Assembly (NCBI GenBank): GCA_002104905.1
Contig: MCFE01000230.1
Coordinates: 57,428-121,427 of the forward strand
Direction of reading: 5' to 3'
Source: Basidiobolus meristosporus CBS 931.73
Taxonomy: Eukaryota; Fungi; Basidiobolomycota
DNA: 64,000 nt
Shown piece by piece: positions 45,785 through 56,084 of the stretch (within the stretch, counting starts at the first letter, position 1; each line of letters begins with the position of its first letter). A model generated the notes under the pieces. The model was not told where the DNA came from. It did not search any database and was given only the letters and a program-made list of their open reading frames with translations. The position numbers were made by a program, and so were the translations under genes.

Positions 45785-47326
45785 TCAGTGTGCTAATCTC
45801 TCTTCCCACCATTGTGCAAAGTCGACACTGGAAGTGTCGACGCCAATAGATTCCAGGCGTTTGTTGGACAGATGCGAGTCGACGGGACGATCGGCTGCAA
45901 GCAAATCCTGGTTACCATCAGCTGATATGATGAGTCGTGACGACGTTGTACTTACCAATGGCAGCTACTGGTGCACTCTCTTGGGGAGTAAGATGGTCAT
46001 AGCTCTGCCCAAGAGCCTTGGCCATGATGACTAGATGAGGGGAATGGCTTAGCAGCGGTCTTCACTTGATTCGGCTTCGGCTTCGGCCGTACTTACCACA
46101 CATGTCATATTTAGTAAGCTTTTGGGTGGCACTGAAGTGATATATGCCCTGGATCGGTTCGTTCTGAATTACTCGTTTCTCTGGAGAGAAGTTGGTGTGG
46201 TTCGATCACTTGAGTTAGAGCTAGGGTTAGGGCTAGGGCTAGTTATCCAGTCTTACCACACAAATCCTTCAGGACGCGAGCAATATCTTCCACTGCATTT
46301 CGGACAATCAGCTTGGTTCTCTATTCATTTCGACACTTGGCTCTTACCGTTGGTTGGATAACGGATCGAGAAATGGTCCATGTTGGTCTTTTTCTCGGTA
46401 TTCTATCGATCATATATTGGTGAGGCATATCCCTGTATGCTCAACAGCCATCAGCGCTTACCAGGACTGCATCTAACAGTATATTGACGGCTGACTCTCC
46501 GTTGAATTCGGTATTTCCGTATCTGTTGAACGCAGTCAGAAATGCGAAGATTTGATCGCATCGATTGAGATGCTTACAAAATGGGAACACGAAGGATAGC
46601 AGCATGTGGGTTTGTTCTTTGGATCGCTAGCTCGCCCTCGTACTTGCTTTGCCCTTAAAGAATGGGTTGAGCTAGATGCTCTGATGGTGGGTTGCCACGT
46701 GCGAAAGGAAAATACCGTAGAACTGAAGGGGGTTGGGAGTATCATTGACATCATATGGTGGATTACTTCCATCGAAGACGTAATCTGTGGAGATGTAAAT
46801 TAAAAAGGCCCCGAGTTTACTGCATACTTCTCCCAATAGCGCAGGAATTTGTTGATTCAACTGGGTTGAAAAGTAAGCTTCGTGTCACTCAAGTATGTCT
46901 TAACCTAAGTACCTTGACAGTGTCCTCTCGGTTCTTTTCTGCTACATCAGGACGCCTTTCGGCTGCACAATGAATCACAGCTATGATGATGTTAGTATAT
47001 TAACTCGAGAGTTCGACTGAACCATGGCCACCTTGGGGTTTAAGTTCTTCTAAAAAGCGCACAGTCTCCACGGTATCCAATAAGTCGAGCTGTCATAGCA
47101 CATGTAGGTAAGTGGCTAATATCCAGGTTACAAAGACTTCCTTGCTTACCTTGACCAAACCATTTCCCACTCTACTTCTTCCAGTACCAATGACTAAGAG
47201 CTCTTGTTAATAAGGGGACTTGGAAAGCACCACTACGCCATTCAAACCTTCATGACCAGAATTCTTCAAATTTTGAACAACGGCTCTACCAAGGAGGCCG
47301 GAAGCGCCAGTAACCAAAACTTTCAT
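45785..47326 (-). CDS. RmlD/MAT2B-like NAD(P)-binding protein (dTDP-4-dehydrorhamnose reductase family)
   Basis: MKVLVTGASGLLGRAV, VIHCAAERRPDV, LIYISTDYVFDG..PY..ND.PNPLQFYG, LRVPILYG, GIYHFSA..LTKYDM and RPVDSHLSNKRL. Last conserved gene before the subtelomere. Confidence 0.9.
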
Positions 47327-47539
47327 GCTGTTGATGCTATTAATGAACTGGTTGTGCACAGAGTAAATTTATAGCGCTGGCTGCTACACTGGCGTCTACA
47401 GCTGACCGGAATACCCCGGAAATCCGATAATGACGTAGTATATTAATATCGATTATACTCGATTTATATGATTAGGTACGAATATTGAATCTAGACAAAA
47501 AGGTAAATGGGATGATTTTTGGTATCTATACAAAGTCTC

Positions 47540-48070
47540 ATAATGAATTAATATCATAAAGTTTTAGTGTAAGCACCAAATCCCAGTCAATACGCAATAT
47601 GCGTTGCAGGTGCTTAGTTTGATTCGGAGAAACGTAAGGGAATGCATCAATAAATGTCAAGCAATATCGAGCATTGACTAGAATTTGCTTACTATTTCTG
47701 ATATTGACCATTAGCCATGTTGCCATAGAGTACGCAAATACAGTATTTAGTTCCACAATCCGGGACTTCTATTCCCAATGATATGGTGCAAGATTTAGAG
47801 TTGTCACATGTGTTAAACCAGTAGTTGTGAGGAAGTAGGATTTGCATTTGGTTGGATATCAGTGACACAACACTACGGATACAAGATACATATTGGAAGC
47901 CAGCTAGTCAGATAGGTCAAATTTCCGACAGCTAGCCAGTATTTGCTATGTCTTGTAGATCACAGGTACTATTTCTATCATAGACAGCCCAGCCAGATGT
48001 AATCGTTGTAAAGACAAGTGAGAGGTGGTTTTCATTACTTGGCATGGCCTACACGCCCTGATATCATGAT
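47540..48070 (-). pseudogene. conserved upstream module A1; possible decayed divergent gene
   Basis: Homologous to 50345-50910, 52405-52807 and 53440-53967. Antisense frame SVVSLISNQMQILLPHNYWFNTCDNSK..LGIEVPDCGTKYCICVLYGNMANG and later KHLQRILRIDWDLVL. Confidence 0.4.
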
Positions 48071-48215
48071 GTGTGTGGGAGAAATATTGCAATAGTAACC
48101 ACACCAAGAAGCTAGATGTGATTGTGGTAGCCTTAAATGAAAATACTGTTACAGCTAATGTGAGAGATACTGGTGTCATTGAAAGTAAATAACCAGTACA
48201 AAGTTTTTTGCTATC

Positions 48216-48386
48216 ATGAAAGTTTCACTAGTTACCTTCCCTGCTGTTCTAGCTGTTACCACAGCATCTCCCGTAGATAACACTTAGGATGATGGTGGTG
48301 CCGTAGAGACTCTTGGGTACTACTTAGTGAGGGGCTGTAGACTGAAGGGGGATAGGCACTATATTATGGGAACTTGTTTACCTTAA
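48216..48386 (+). pseudogene. Cys-rich secreted peptide copy 1 (decayed)
   Basis: MKVSLVTFPAVLAVTTASPVDNT*DDGGAVETLGYYLVRGCRLKGDRHYIMGTCLP*. Same 171-nt length as the intact copies, stop at 48285, four of six Cys lost. Confidence 0.88.
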
Positions 48387-50164
48387 ACCAGGTCATTCGC
48401 GGTCAATCAGTACTCTATTGGTTGAATATAATGCTGTGGTTACATAATATCTTAAGATATATACATGAATAACAAATTCCAACTCTTAAGCTATGGGCTG
48501 AAGGATGCGAATTATGGCTTGAAGTGCAATACAAGAATACAGTAGCAAACATAAAGGAATATCGGCCATTATGCAAAATATACTTTGATCCATATTGGAT
48601 GAAATAAATGTTTACAAATATATCCATGCTTCATGTTGCTCTTGTACTTGAGCTCATATATGCAACAGCATCACCCTTGAGCTTTTCATCCTTTCAATCT
48701 CATTGGCGGACATTGATGATTTTGTATTTTCATCATAGTGAGAGGGAATACACGAGGAAATGTATAAGAGTACATATTCCACTGTATGGGAGTTGGAGAA
48801 CCATTCGGACTCTTTTCAGCCAGAAACAGGGCCACTAAAAGTTATGAAACAGTGCGACAATATTCTTCGCTGACTTCTGGGTTGTAAATTTCCGCTCTAT
48901 GCACTGCGAGCTCGAGGCTTCGAAAACCACCCATACTTCAAGTCTATGGAGGGAATAGCTGCTATGTGCACCGCAGCTATTCGCAAGCCCAGCATCAATG
49001 GCCTCATGGTGTCACTGGCTACTTATACGGTGAGGCGGTAGCTTTTGAGGTTACTAATGACTTGAGGCTCCGGGACAGAGAGTAGCTTTTGTTGGTATAG
49101 TCGACACCCCCCCATACACCAAGCCAAGGATGCTTGATCTGGACTGAACTAAAGGATTCTTGAACCTATCCTACCTCTTGGATATGAGTGCCATAGGTTT
49201 TTGCTCCACATATCTATCCTGTGATTCTACAGTAAGAACGTACTGGTAACTTGAAATGAATCCGAGCTAACATTCAGCAGGGATTCAAAATGTACAAAAC
49301 AAATCTCTGGCACTAAAGGCCAGGTGTACGGATCCTACGAAGGCATTTTGTCTTACCCTGCCAGTAAATGTACCGAGTGGATAAATTAGTTATTGATGAA
49401 GACGTGATGATTGAAGTAGGGGCCACGAGCAGGCTGTGATTCCGCTTCAGCAAGTGAAATAATATCCCATCCATCAATGATTTTGGTTAATTCCTCCATA
49501 TCTATCCTGTATGTTGCAGTATTGATATTTGCGTTGATGTGCCAGTTTTGCATGCATTAATTTCTTGATCTTACAAGCAAACGAGTGTGGTGAATACCCA
49601 ACTGGAATCGTATACTATGACGAAGAATGGCCCAGTATATGAAGCGGATTCACTGAAATAGAATATGCTCTTTCGTTTTATGCACTTCACCAAATTTATA
49701 TCTTCAGCATTGTGATTATTCAGAGGTAACCGACACTGGACTCATAATGTATGTTCTAATGAAGATAACTATTCACAAAACTCATGCTATTGTAGAGCCC
49801 ATATCATGTTGACAGCCTTTAGTTTTAAACAAAAGAAGTCAATCTAAAATCAAATGGTAATAAAAATAACAGTAATGTGAAACAGAAGCTGCGAACTAGT
49901 AAAGTGAAAGTGTGTACACAATAGCTACCTGGACGTCAGTGTTTCATACCAGCATATTTGCAGTTCATCTCCTACCAGGGAATGGTAGGTTTAGGTGATT
50001 GGCTAGCCAGTGTACGAGTAGGGTGATGTCGTAAGCATGGCCCAAACTAAATGTGACTTGGATGTTCCAGAATAGGGATTTCTGTGAGAGATATCCTGCG
50101 ATAGTAGCTGAATCAAGAGACTAAATGCCCACGTATTATGACTGTACGGAAAATTGACTGTATC

Positions 50165-50329
50165 ACTCTGGGATTCACATATTAGTTTGCTTGCTGTTCT
50201 GGCTGTTGTTTAAGCATCTCACGTGGACAACAATCCGGGCAATAATGGTATTGTGGAGGCTCTTGGATGCTGTCTGACATGAGGCCATAGACCGAGAGTG
50301 ACGGTTACTGTGTCATGAATCGACACTAA
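50165..50329 (+). pseudogene. Cys-rich secreted peptide copy 2 (decayed)
   Basis: SLLAVLAVV*ASHVDNNPGNNGIVEALGCCLT*GHRP. ATG lost, two stops and a frameshift. Confidence 0.8.
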
Positions 50330-50344
50330 TGGGCCCAAATGTCA

Positions 50345-50910
50345 TTGCCAGTGTGCTAGACTACAATGCAGTAATATCATAAAGATATCATTGTAAGCAC
50401 CAAGTCCCAGACAATACGTAGTATGTGTCACAAGTGCTTGGTTCGCTTCGAAGAGAAATGAGGAATCCCAGTGATGAATAAAAAGTATTATTGAACATTG
50501 TAAAGAACGCACTTGCCATTGATCATGCTGCCACAGAGCACGCAAACACAATATTTTGATCCACAATCCTGGATTTTTATTCCCAAGAATATGCTCGTGA
50601 TCTAGAGGTGCCATGAGCGTTAAGCCACTAATGGTCGTGAAATAGGTTTTGTCTTCGGTTAAACAACTGTGATACAATACTATACAAATCCTCAGACAGG
50701 TACATTTTACTAGCTAGCTAACCAGCTAAAATCCTTCCCAAATATCAAGCTTACATCTGATAACCGGTATTTGCTATAGCCTGCGGATCACAGGTACCAT
50801 TGCTGCTATCTAGCGACCTATCCAGATGTATTCTTGGGAAAGGTTTGCTTTAGGTGACACTTGAAGCTTGGTATAAGCCACATGTGGGGAAAACATTCCC
50901 AGTATCATGA
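50345..50910 (-). pseudogene. conserved upstream module A3
   Basis: Aligns with A1. Antisense LGIKIQDCGSKYCVCVLCGSMINGK and KHL*HILRIVWDLVLT. Confidence 0.4.
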
Positions 50911-51020
50911 TGTACGAGAGAGAGATAGTATAACAACAATTACACAAAGAAGTCAGATGTGATTGAGACAGCATCATATATGAAAGTCAGTGCAGTTAAT
51001 GTGTAATATTATTGTAAGAG

Positions 51021-51032
51021 AGGTATATAAGC
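51021..51032 (+). promoter_or_regulatory. TATA box of peptide copy 3
   Basis: AGGTATATAAGC about 45 bp upstream of the ATG. The equivalent AGTATATAAACG at 52921-52932 precedes copy 5. Confidence 0.6.
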
Positions 51033-51072
51033 ATGTATTTCATCTACAAAACACATCAAATTCTCCGCTATC

Positions 51073-51243
51073 ATGAAAACCTCATTCGTTACTCTGCTCG
51101 CTATTCTAGCTGTTGCTACAGCATCTCCAGTGGACAACACTCCAGGCGACGATGGGACCGTGGAGGCACTAGGATGCTGCCAAATGTGGGGCTGCGGGCC
51201 AAAGGGGGATAGATGCTGTATTATGGGAGCTTGCTTACCTTAA
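51073..51243 (+). CDS. intact 56-aa secreted Cys-rich prepro-peptide (copy 3)
   Basis: MKTSFVTLLAILAVATA-SPVDNTPGDDGTVEAL-GCCQMWGCGPKGDRCCIMGACLP*. TATA upstream, AATAAA at 51322. Below the ORF-track length cutoff. Confidence 0.9.
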   Translation: MKTSFVTLLAILAVATASPVDNTPGDDGTVEALGCCQMWGCGPKGDRCCIMGACLP

Positions 51244-52232
51244 GCCAAGTCATCCGCAGTCAATTGATGCTTTTTTGGTAGAATGCTATGCCGCTTACCT
51301 TGAGCTTATTCACTACCAACGAATAAATACTTTATTGACAGATTACTGCTGTAGCCAAATGGGTTGAATATAACATGTGCGAAAATTAAATCACACTGCT
51401 GCACTATGAGATTGGATAATACAACAGCTTTATCCTACTATTATTGTGGTTATGTTGTGAGCTATGGGAACTCTCATGTTTGGTACTTTGCTAATTGGGC
51501 TTTACGGGATTATACGCATGGAGCGTAAGATACTCAAATTGGAGCTCTACGCCCAGAGCTACACTTGATGTCGAGAATTTTCATACTTACCTCAGTGATA
51601 CACAATTCCAGTGCTAAACTCGGCAAAAGGTATATCGCAGATCAAATATTTCTCACATATCAGGTTTATCCAGTGTTTGCTATATTGAAAGCGGAAGAAC
51701 ACTACATTCAAAACACTTGATGCCGAGAATTTTCATTAAGGTAAGCTGGTGTTAGGTATGTGGTATGGGCTACGTATGAATCACCCATTTCTGAGATTGG
51801 TATGTGTAACTTTATCTGCCTGCTTCAAGAGTGATTCAGAGTTGAGTAAGGAAATATACCAACCAATATTGATCGTTCTTCGGACAGTGGTCACTGCCCA
51901 TTGTGTCAGTTGGAATTCCATAATATTGGTTCTCTTTGCCCTAAAATACCTTTCAAATGTAGTGCAACTGTAAATGCATGCGTGACAATATAAAGCTTGC
52001 TTTTCATTGGAGCTTTACTTGCCTCATCAATCAAGCCACTCAGTATAAGGCTCAGTGCTAGATATATTGCAAAACCAGTACTGTCAAGCTAACCTTTCCC
52101 ACATCTAGTATTTTGCTGGCCCAATTCTATTAGTTAGTTTGTATCGGGTGATGTTATAAGTGTGCTATAAACTATAGGTGATTTGTGTGTTCCAGAATAG
52201 TGGTTTGTGTGAAAGACATGATAAGGCTAAGC

Positions 52233-52406
52233 ATGCTCTAGTTGTATTTTGATTGGTGTCGTAACTATTGTCACAACAACTCTAGTGGATAGTACTTCAA
52301 GTGATGGCAATGCCGTGCAGGATCCCTTTGTTTGATTCCAAGTTCAATAAGGGAACCCAGCAAGGAAGACCAAACAACACTGAGTATCCTATGGAGCTTG
52401 CCTACT
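52233..52406 (+). pseudogene. highly degenerate peptide copy 4
   Basis: IGVVTIVTTTLVDSTSSDGNAVQ aligns to the signal/pro region. 3' end TATCCTATGGAGCTTGCCTAC resembles TATTATGGGAGCTTGCTTAC. Upstream 52140-52215 matches the upstream of copy 2. Confidence 0.5.
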
Positions 52407-52807
52407 ATTTCTCAAATTGGTGCTTGGTCTTGTTGTGAGATATTGCACAGATACAACGTTTAGTTCCACAATCCTCAACTTCTATTCCCCATAATACGTT
52501 CCGAAATTTAGAGTTGTCACAAGTATGAAACCAGTAACTGTGGAGAAATAGGATTTGACTTTGGTTAGACCGCAGTGACACCCCACTATGAAAATCCCTA
52601 GCAATATACATATTACTAGCCAGCTAAAGTTGTTTAACAAGCCAACTTTACGATTGCTAACCAGTATTGATTATATTTTGCAGCTCACAAGTGCAATTAA
52701 CGATACAGAGCGTTTCGTTCAGATACATTCCTTATCAATATAAGTGTGAGGTAGTGCTTGTGGTTTGGCATGAGCCATATTGGGCTTAAACATTCCTGAT
52801 ATCATAA
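52405..52807 (-). pseudogene. conserved upstream module A5
   Basis: Contains ORF MYIARDFHSGVSLRSNQSQILFLHSYWFHTCDNSKFRNVLWGIEVEDCGTKRCICAI. Confidence 0.4.
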
Positions 52808-52971
52808 TACGTGGGAGAAACATCGCGATTGCGATCACTTAAAGGAGCTAAATGTGATGGAGGTAGTGCTGAGAAAATCGTTACGGCCAATGCGATCTAA
52901 GCTGGTACCACTGCTAGAGAAGTATATAAACGTGCATCTCACATAGTACATGTATGAAGTACTTTGCTATC

Positions 52972-53142
52972 ATGAAGATCTCACTCATTACTTTGCTTGT
53001 TGTACTAGCTGTTGCTGCCGCATCTCCCGTGGACAACACTCCAGGCGATGATGGTGTTGTGGAGGCTCTAGGATGCTGCCAAATGTGGGGCTGTGGACCA
53101 AAGGGAGATAAATGCTGTATTACGGGAGCTTGCTTACCTTAA
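52972..53142 (+). CDS. intact 56-aa secreted Cys-rich prepro-peptide (copy 5)
   Basis: MKISLITLLVVLAVAAA-SPVDNTPGDDGVVEAL-GCCQMWGCGPKGDKCCITGACLP*. GCTATCATG start context shared with the other copies. Confidence 0.9.
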   Translation: MKISLITLLVVLAVAAASPVDNTPGDDGVVEALGCCQMWGCGPKGDKCCITGACLP

Positions 53143-53222
53143 GCCAGGTCTTTGGCAGGCAATCAATGCTTTATTGGCTGTATGTTTTGCAGGAATAAAG
53201 CAGTACTAAGGTCTTGGCTATC

Positions 53223-53405
53223 ATGTGATCATTATTCGTTGCTTTGCTTGCTGTTCTAGCTATTGCAATAGCTATTGCAATAGCATCTCCGGTAGACAAT
53301 ACTGCTGGAGATGACGGCCCCGTGGAGGTATTAAGGTGCTGCCAGATGTGGGGTTGCGGACTGAAGGGTGATAAGTGCTATATCATGGGAGTCTACCTAC
53401 CTTGA
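53223..53405 (+). pseudogene. peptide copy 6 (decayed)
   Basis: M*SLFVALLAVLAIAIAIAIASPVDNTAGDDGPVEVLRCCQMWGCGLKGDKCYIMGVYLP*. Stop at codon 2, 12-nt duplication, two Cys>Tyr. Confidence 0.88.
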
Positions 53406-53439
53406 GCTGGGACAATCTGGATAAATAAATACTGTGCTT

Positions 53440-54160
53440 GCAGAGCACACTACTTCAATCAAGACATAATATGAGTACTAAATCCCTGACAATACGTAGT
53501 GTGTGTTGCAAGCTATATAGGGGAGCTCAGTGATGAACCACAAGGCATATTGGGTGTTGTGGAGAATGTACTTACCATGCATGACATTGAGTCATTGGCC
53601 TTATTGCCATAGATTACACAAAGACAGCGTGTAGTTCGACAATTTTGGTTTTCGATTTACAAGAATACGCTCCAAAATTTATAGTTGGCACCAGACCGAA
53701 ACCACTCATGGTTTTGTGTATGGTTAGACAACAGTGATACGACAATATAGTATTCTTCGGTGATTCAGCGGCTACAACCCAGCTAGTCAGATAAAGTTGC
53801 TCACACATATCAAGCTTACAACTGCTAACTGGTATTTGCTATATCCTGGAAACCACAGGTGCCATTACTACTATAGAACAGTCCACTCAGATGTATAATT
53901 GGGAAATGTCTGCTTTGGGTGGTGTTAAACATAGGTTGCACATGTCTTAAGTGTCCCTAATAGCATGATATGTGCAAGAGAAATATTGTAATAGCAACTA
54001 CACAGAGTGATCAGGTGCGATCAAGCTGACATCATATGAGAAAATTGCTGCAACCAATGTGAAATATACTGGCGCAGTTTTAAGGGAAGTAAATCAACTT
54101 GCATTACATTTAGAAACAGCACTAACATCTTTGCTATCATGAGAAGCATACTTGTTATTG
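53440..54160. pseudogene. upstream module A7 plus truncated peptide start (copy 7)
   Basis: Aligns with A1/A3/A5 and ends TTTGCTATCATGAGAAGCATACTTGTT, after which homology stops. Confidence 0.6.
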
Positions 54161-54427
54161 GGAGGTCATTTAGGAATATGGCAAGCTGTGCAAGATTAAG
54201 CTTAGTGTCTTGTGCAATACTATTAGGAGCTGAGTACACTGCTGATTGCTCACTTGGGTGCAGAATCCTTGCCTGTGAATCCAGAAACAGAGGCATGACA
54301 AGGAGGGTAAGAGATGTACTGGAAAAGCATTGCAGATCCAACCATAAGTGGTGTCTGCCAACTGAATAAAAGGCACTAATAATATCAGACAGTACAGAGA
54401 GACCCTTGCACTTGAGGGAGTGATCCT

Positions 54428-55200
54428 ATTAGGGGGGGGGGAGACAGTTACCTGTGGGCAAGATCTATATTTCAGCCAAAACAAAAAAGCTAGCACTATT
54501 GCTGCAGCTTTGATTCCAAAGACCCTTATAGAAAAATTAAGAAAAGGCCAGTAAAATACCATCATAATATCAGCTGAATTCCAAGTTTTTCAAGATAGAC
54601 AATTCTCAATACCTCTGTAGTTAGCTGATGAGCAGGCAAGCAATCAAGCACTTCAGGAGGAGACTAGGCCAACTAGCATCCATGCTAAATCTGGTAATCA
54701 GCTACCCATAGCCTCTATCACATATTGCATTTGAAACATGGAACCAAAAACACCTGCTGAATACCAGCAAATTACCATTAGAATAGCAGTAGAGTACCAG
54801 CTCAAAATCAGATGAATTCCAAGTTTGAGATTTTTCATAGGGAGAGTGTAGTTGAGAGCAACTGGTAGATAGGTTTATAGGATGAAATGATGAATCTTCA
54901 GTAGTTATCACACTGTTCAGTGGGAAGGGGGGTAGCAAGAGTAGTAAGAATGATTTGCTAGTAATATTAACAAGCCAAATATGATATGGGTTGATATATG
55001 TTATAAAGGGTGTGTTTTGAATTAAATACTCTTGCCAAAGGCCTGTAAAGTACAACATGTTGGCCAACTTAGGCTTTTTGGACTACAGAATACTGATAGC
55101 ATACTTCTTCACATCAGGATCTGCAAGTTTGCCCTCCAGCAGAAAGCAGGCACAGTGAGGTTGGAGCTTCTCCAAGCCCTGATCATTGGGTTAGTGGGGG
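54428..55200 (-). mobile_element. internal relic 1 of the telomere-attached retroelement, split by a ~320-bp insert
   Basis: G-run+AGACAG 3' terminus at 54431. 54840-55200 encodes LWQEYLIQNTPFITYINPYHI..LLPPFPLNSV, homologous to ORF 63337-63777. Confidence 0.8.
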
Positions 55201-55237
55201 GAGGAAAGTCACCATCAAGATGAGAGTGTCAGGCTAA

Positions 55238-55496
55238 GGGGGGGGGAGACAGTCCCCAGTGGTAAGTCTTGATTTTAGTGGAAACAAAGAGGCCATTGCT
55301 ACTGTTGTAACTTTGATACAAAAGTGTGCAGGAGAGGGGAGTTGGTAGGTAGACCAACAAATAGAAATGATAGCTCTTCAGTACTCAAAACACTGCTCTG
55401 TGGGAAGGGGGGTAGCAAGAGGGGTAAGAATCACTTGTCAGCAACATTAATGAGGAGAATATGGTATGAAGTGATGCTTATCATTCAGGGTTAGGG
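55238..55496 (-). mobile_element. internal relic 2 of the telomere-attached retroelement, capped by AGGGTTAGGG
   Basis: G-run+AGACAGTC terminus. Aligns with 63277-63520, then switches to telomere-like AGGGTTAGGGTGTAGG. Confidence 0.8.
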
Positions 55497-56084
55497 TGTA
55501 GGTGTTATAGTAAGGGCTAGGAAAAGCTTAGAAGAGCAGGGGATCTGGGGGATGCAATCCCCCATACTGCTCCCATACTCTTTGAATTCCCTTTGGATTA
55601 CTTTTCTCTCATTCTTGGTTCTGGTCCCTTAGGGTTAGAATTCCTCCTCCTAACCCTTATCACCCTAACCATAAATATTTTTACCCTACAATTGGCACAT
55701 TGTCTGCTCATATAGTGGGCATATCTGGGCCAATATTTGTCTCCCTATACTGTACATATGCTCTGTATAAGTCTTGATGACTATTTAATTAATAAATTGT
55801 TATTTTTAATGTATATCTAATAATTAATGGGAATCATCCCAAACTGGCCACAATCCCATATTTTGATAAGCTTTGGGCACCATAAATTGCGCGGCCCTAA
55901 TATGATAAAAAAATTCATGGCCAATACAAATTTTCTGTAACCCAATTGCTTTTACCAAATATAAAGTGTATCCCAAAGTTCAATATATATTATGGCTACA
56001 ATAGAAACTTTATTTGACACCATTGCAACTACTACTTGTGTTCTATGCGCACATGTATACCGCGGGAATTGTAAAACTTAGCCA

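Noticed and set aside
45785-47326. Bacterial origin of the RmlD-like gene
   Set aside because: It has many spliceosomal introns and the family is widespread in eukaryotes (MAT2B-like).
47540-47760. Resemblance of KHLQHILRIVWDLVL to the HxxHC motif of UstYa/DUF3328 RiPP oxidases
   Set aside because: The required Cys and second HxxHC motif are missing, and the peptides lack the KR-delimited core repeats of dikaritin precursors.
54625-54660. CTGATGAG as a possible hammerhead ribozyme core
   Set aside because: No GAAA or flanking stems follow. No core was seen in the 103-bp unit or the element 3' ends by eye; an Infernal scan would be decisive.
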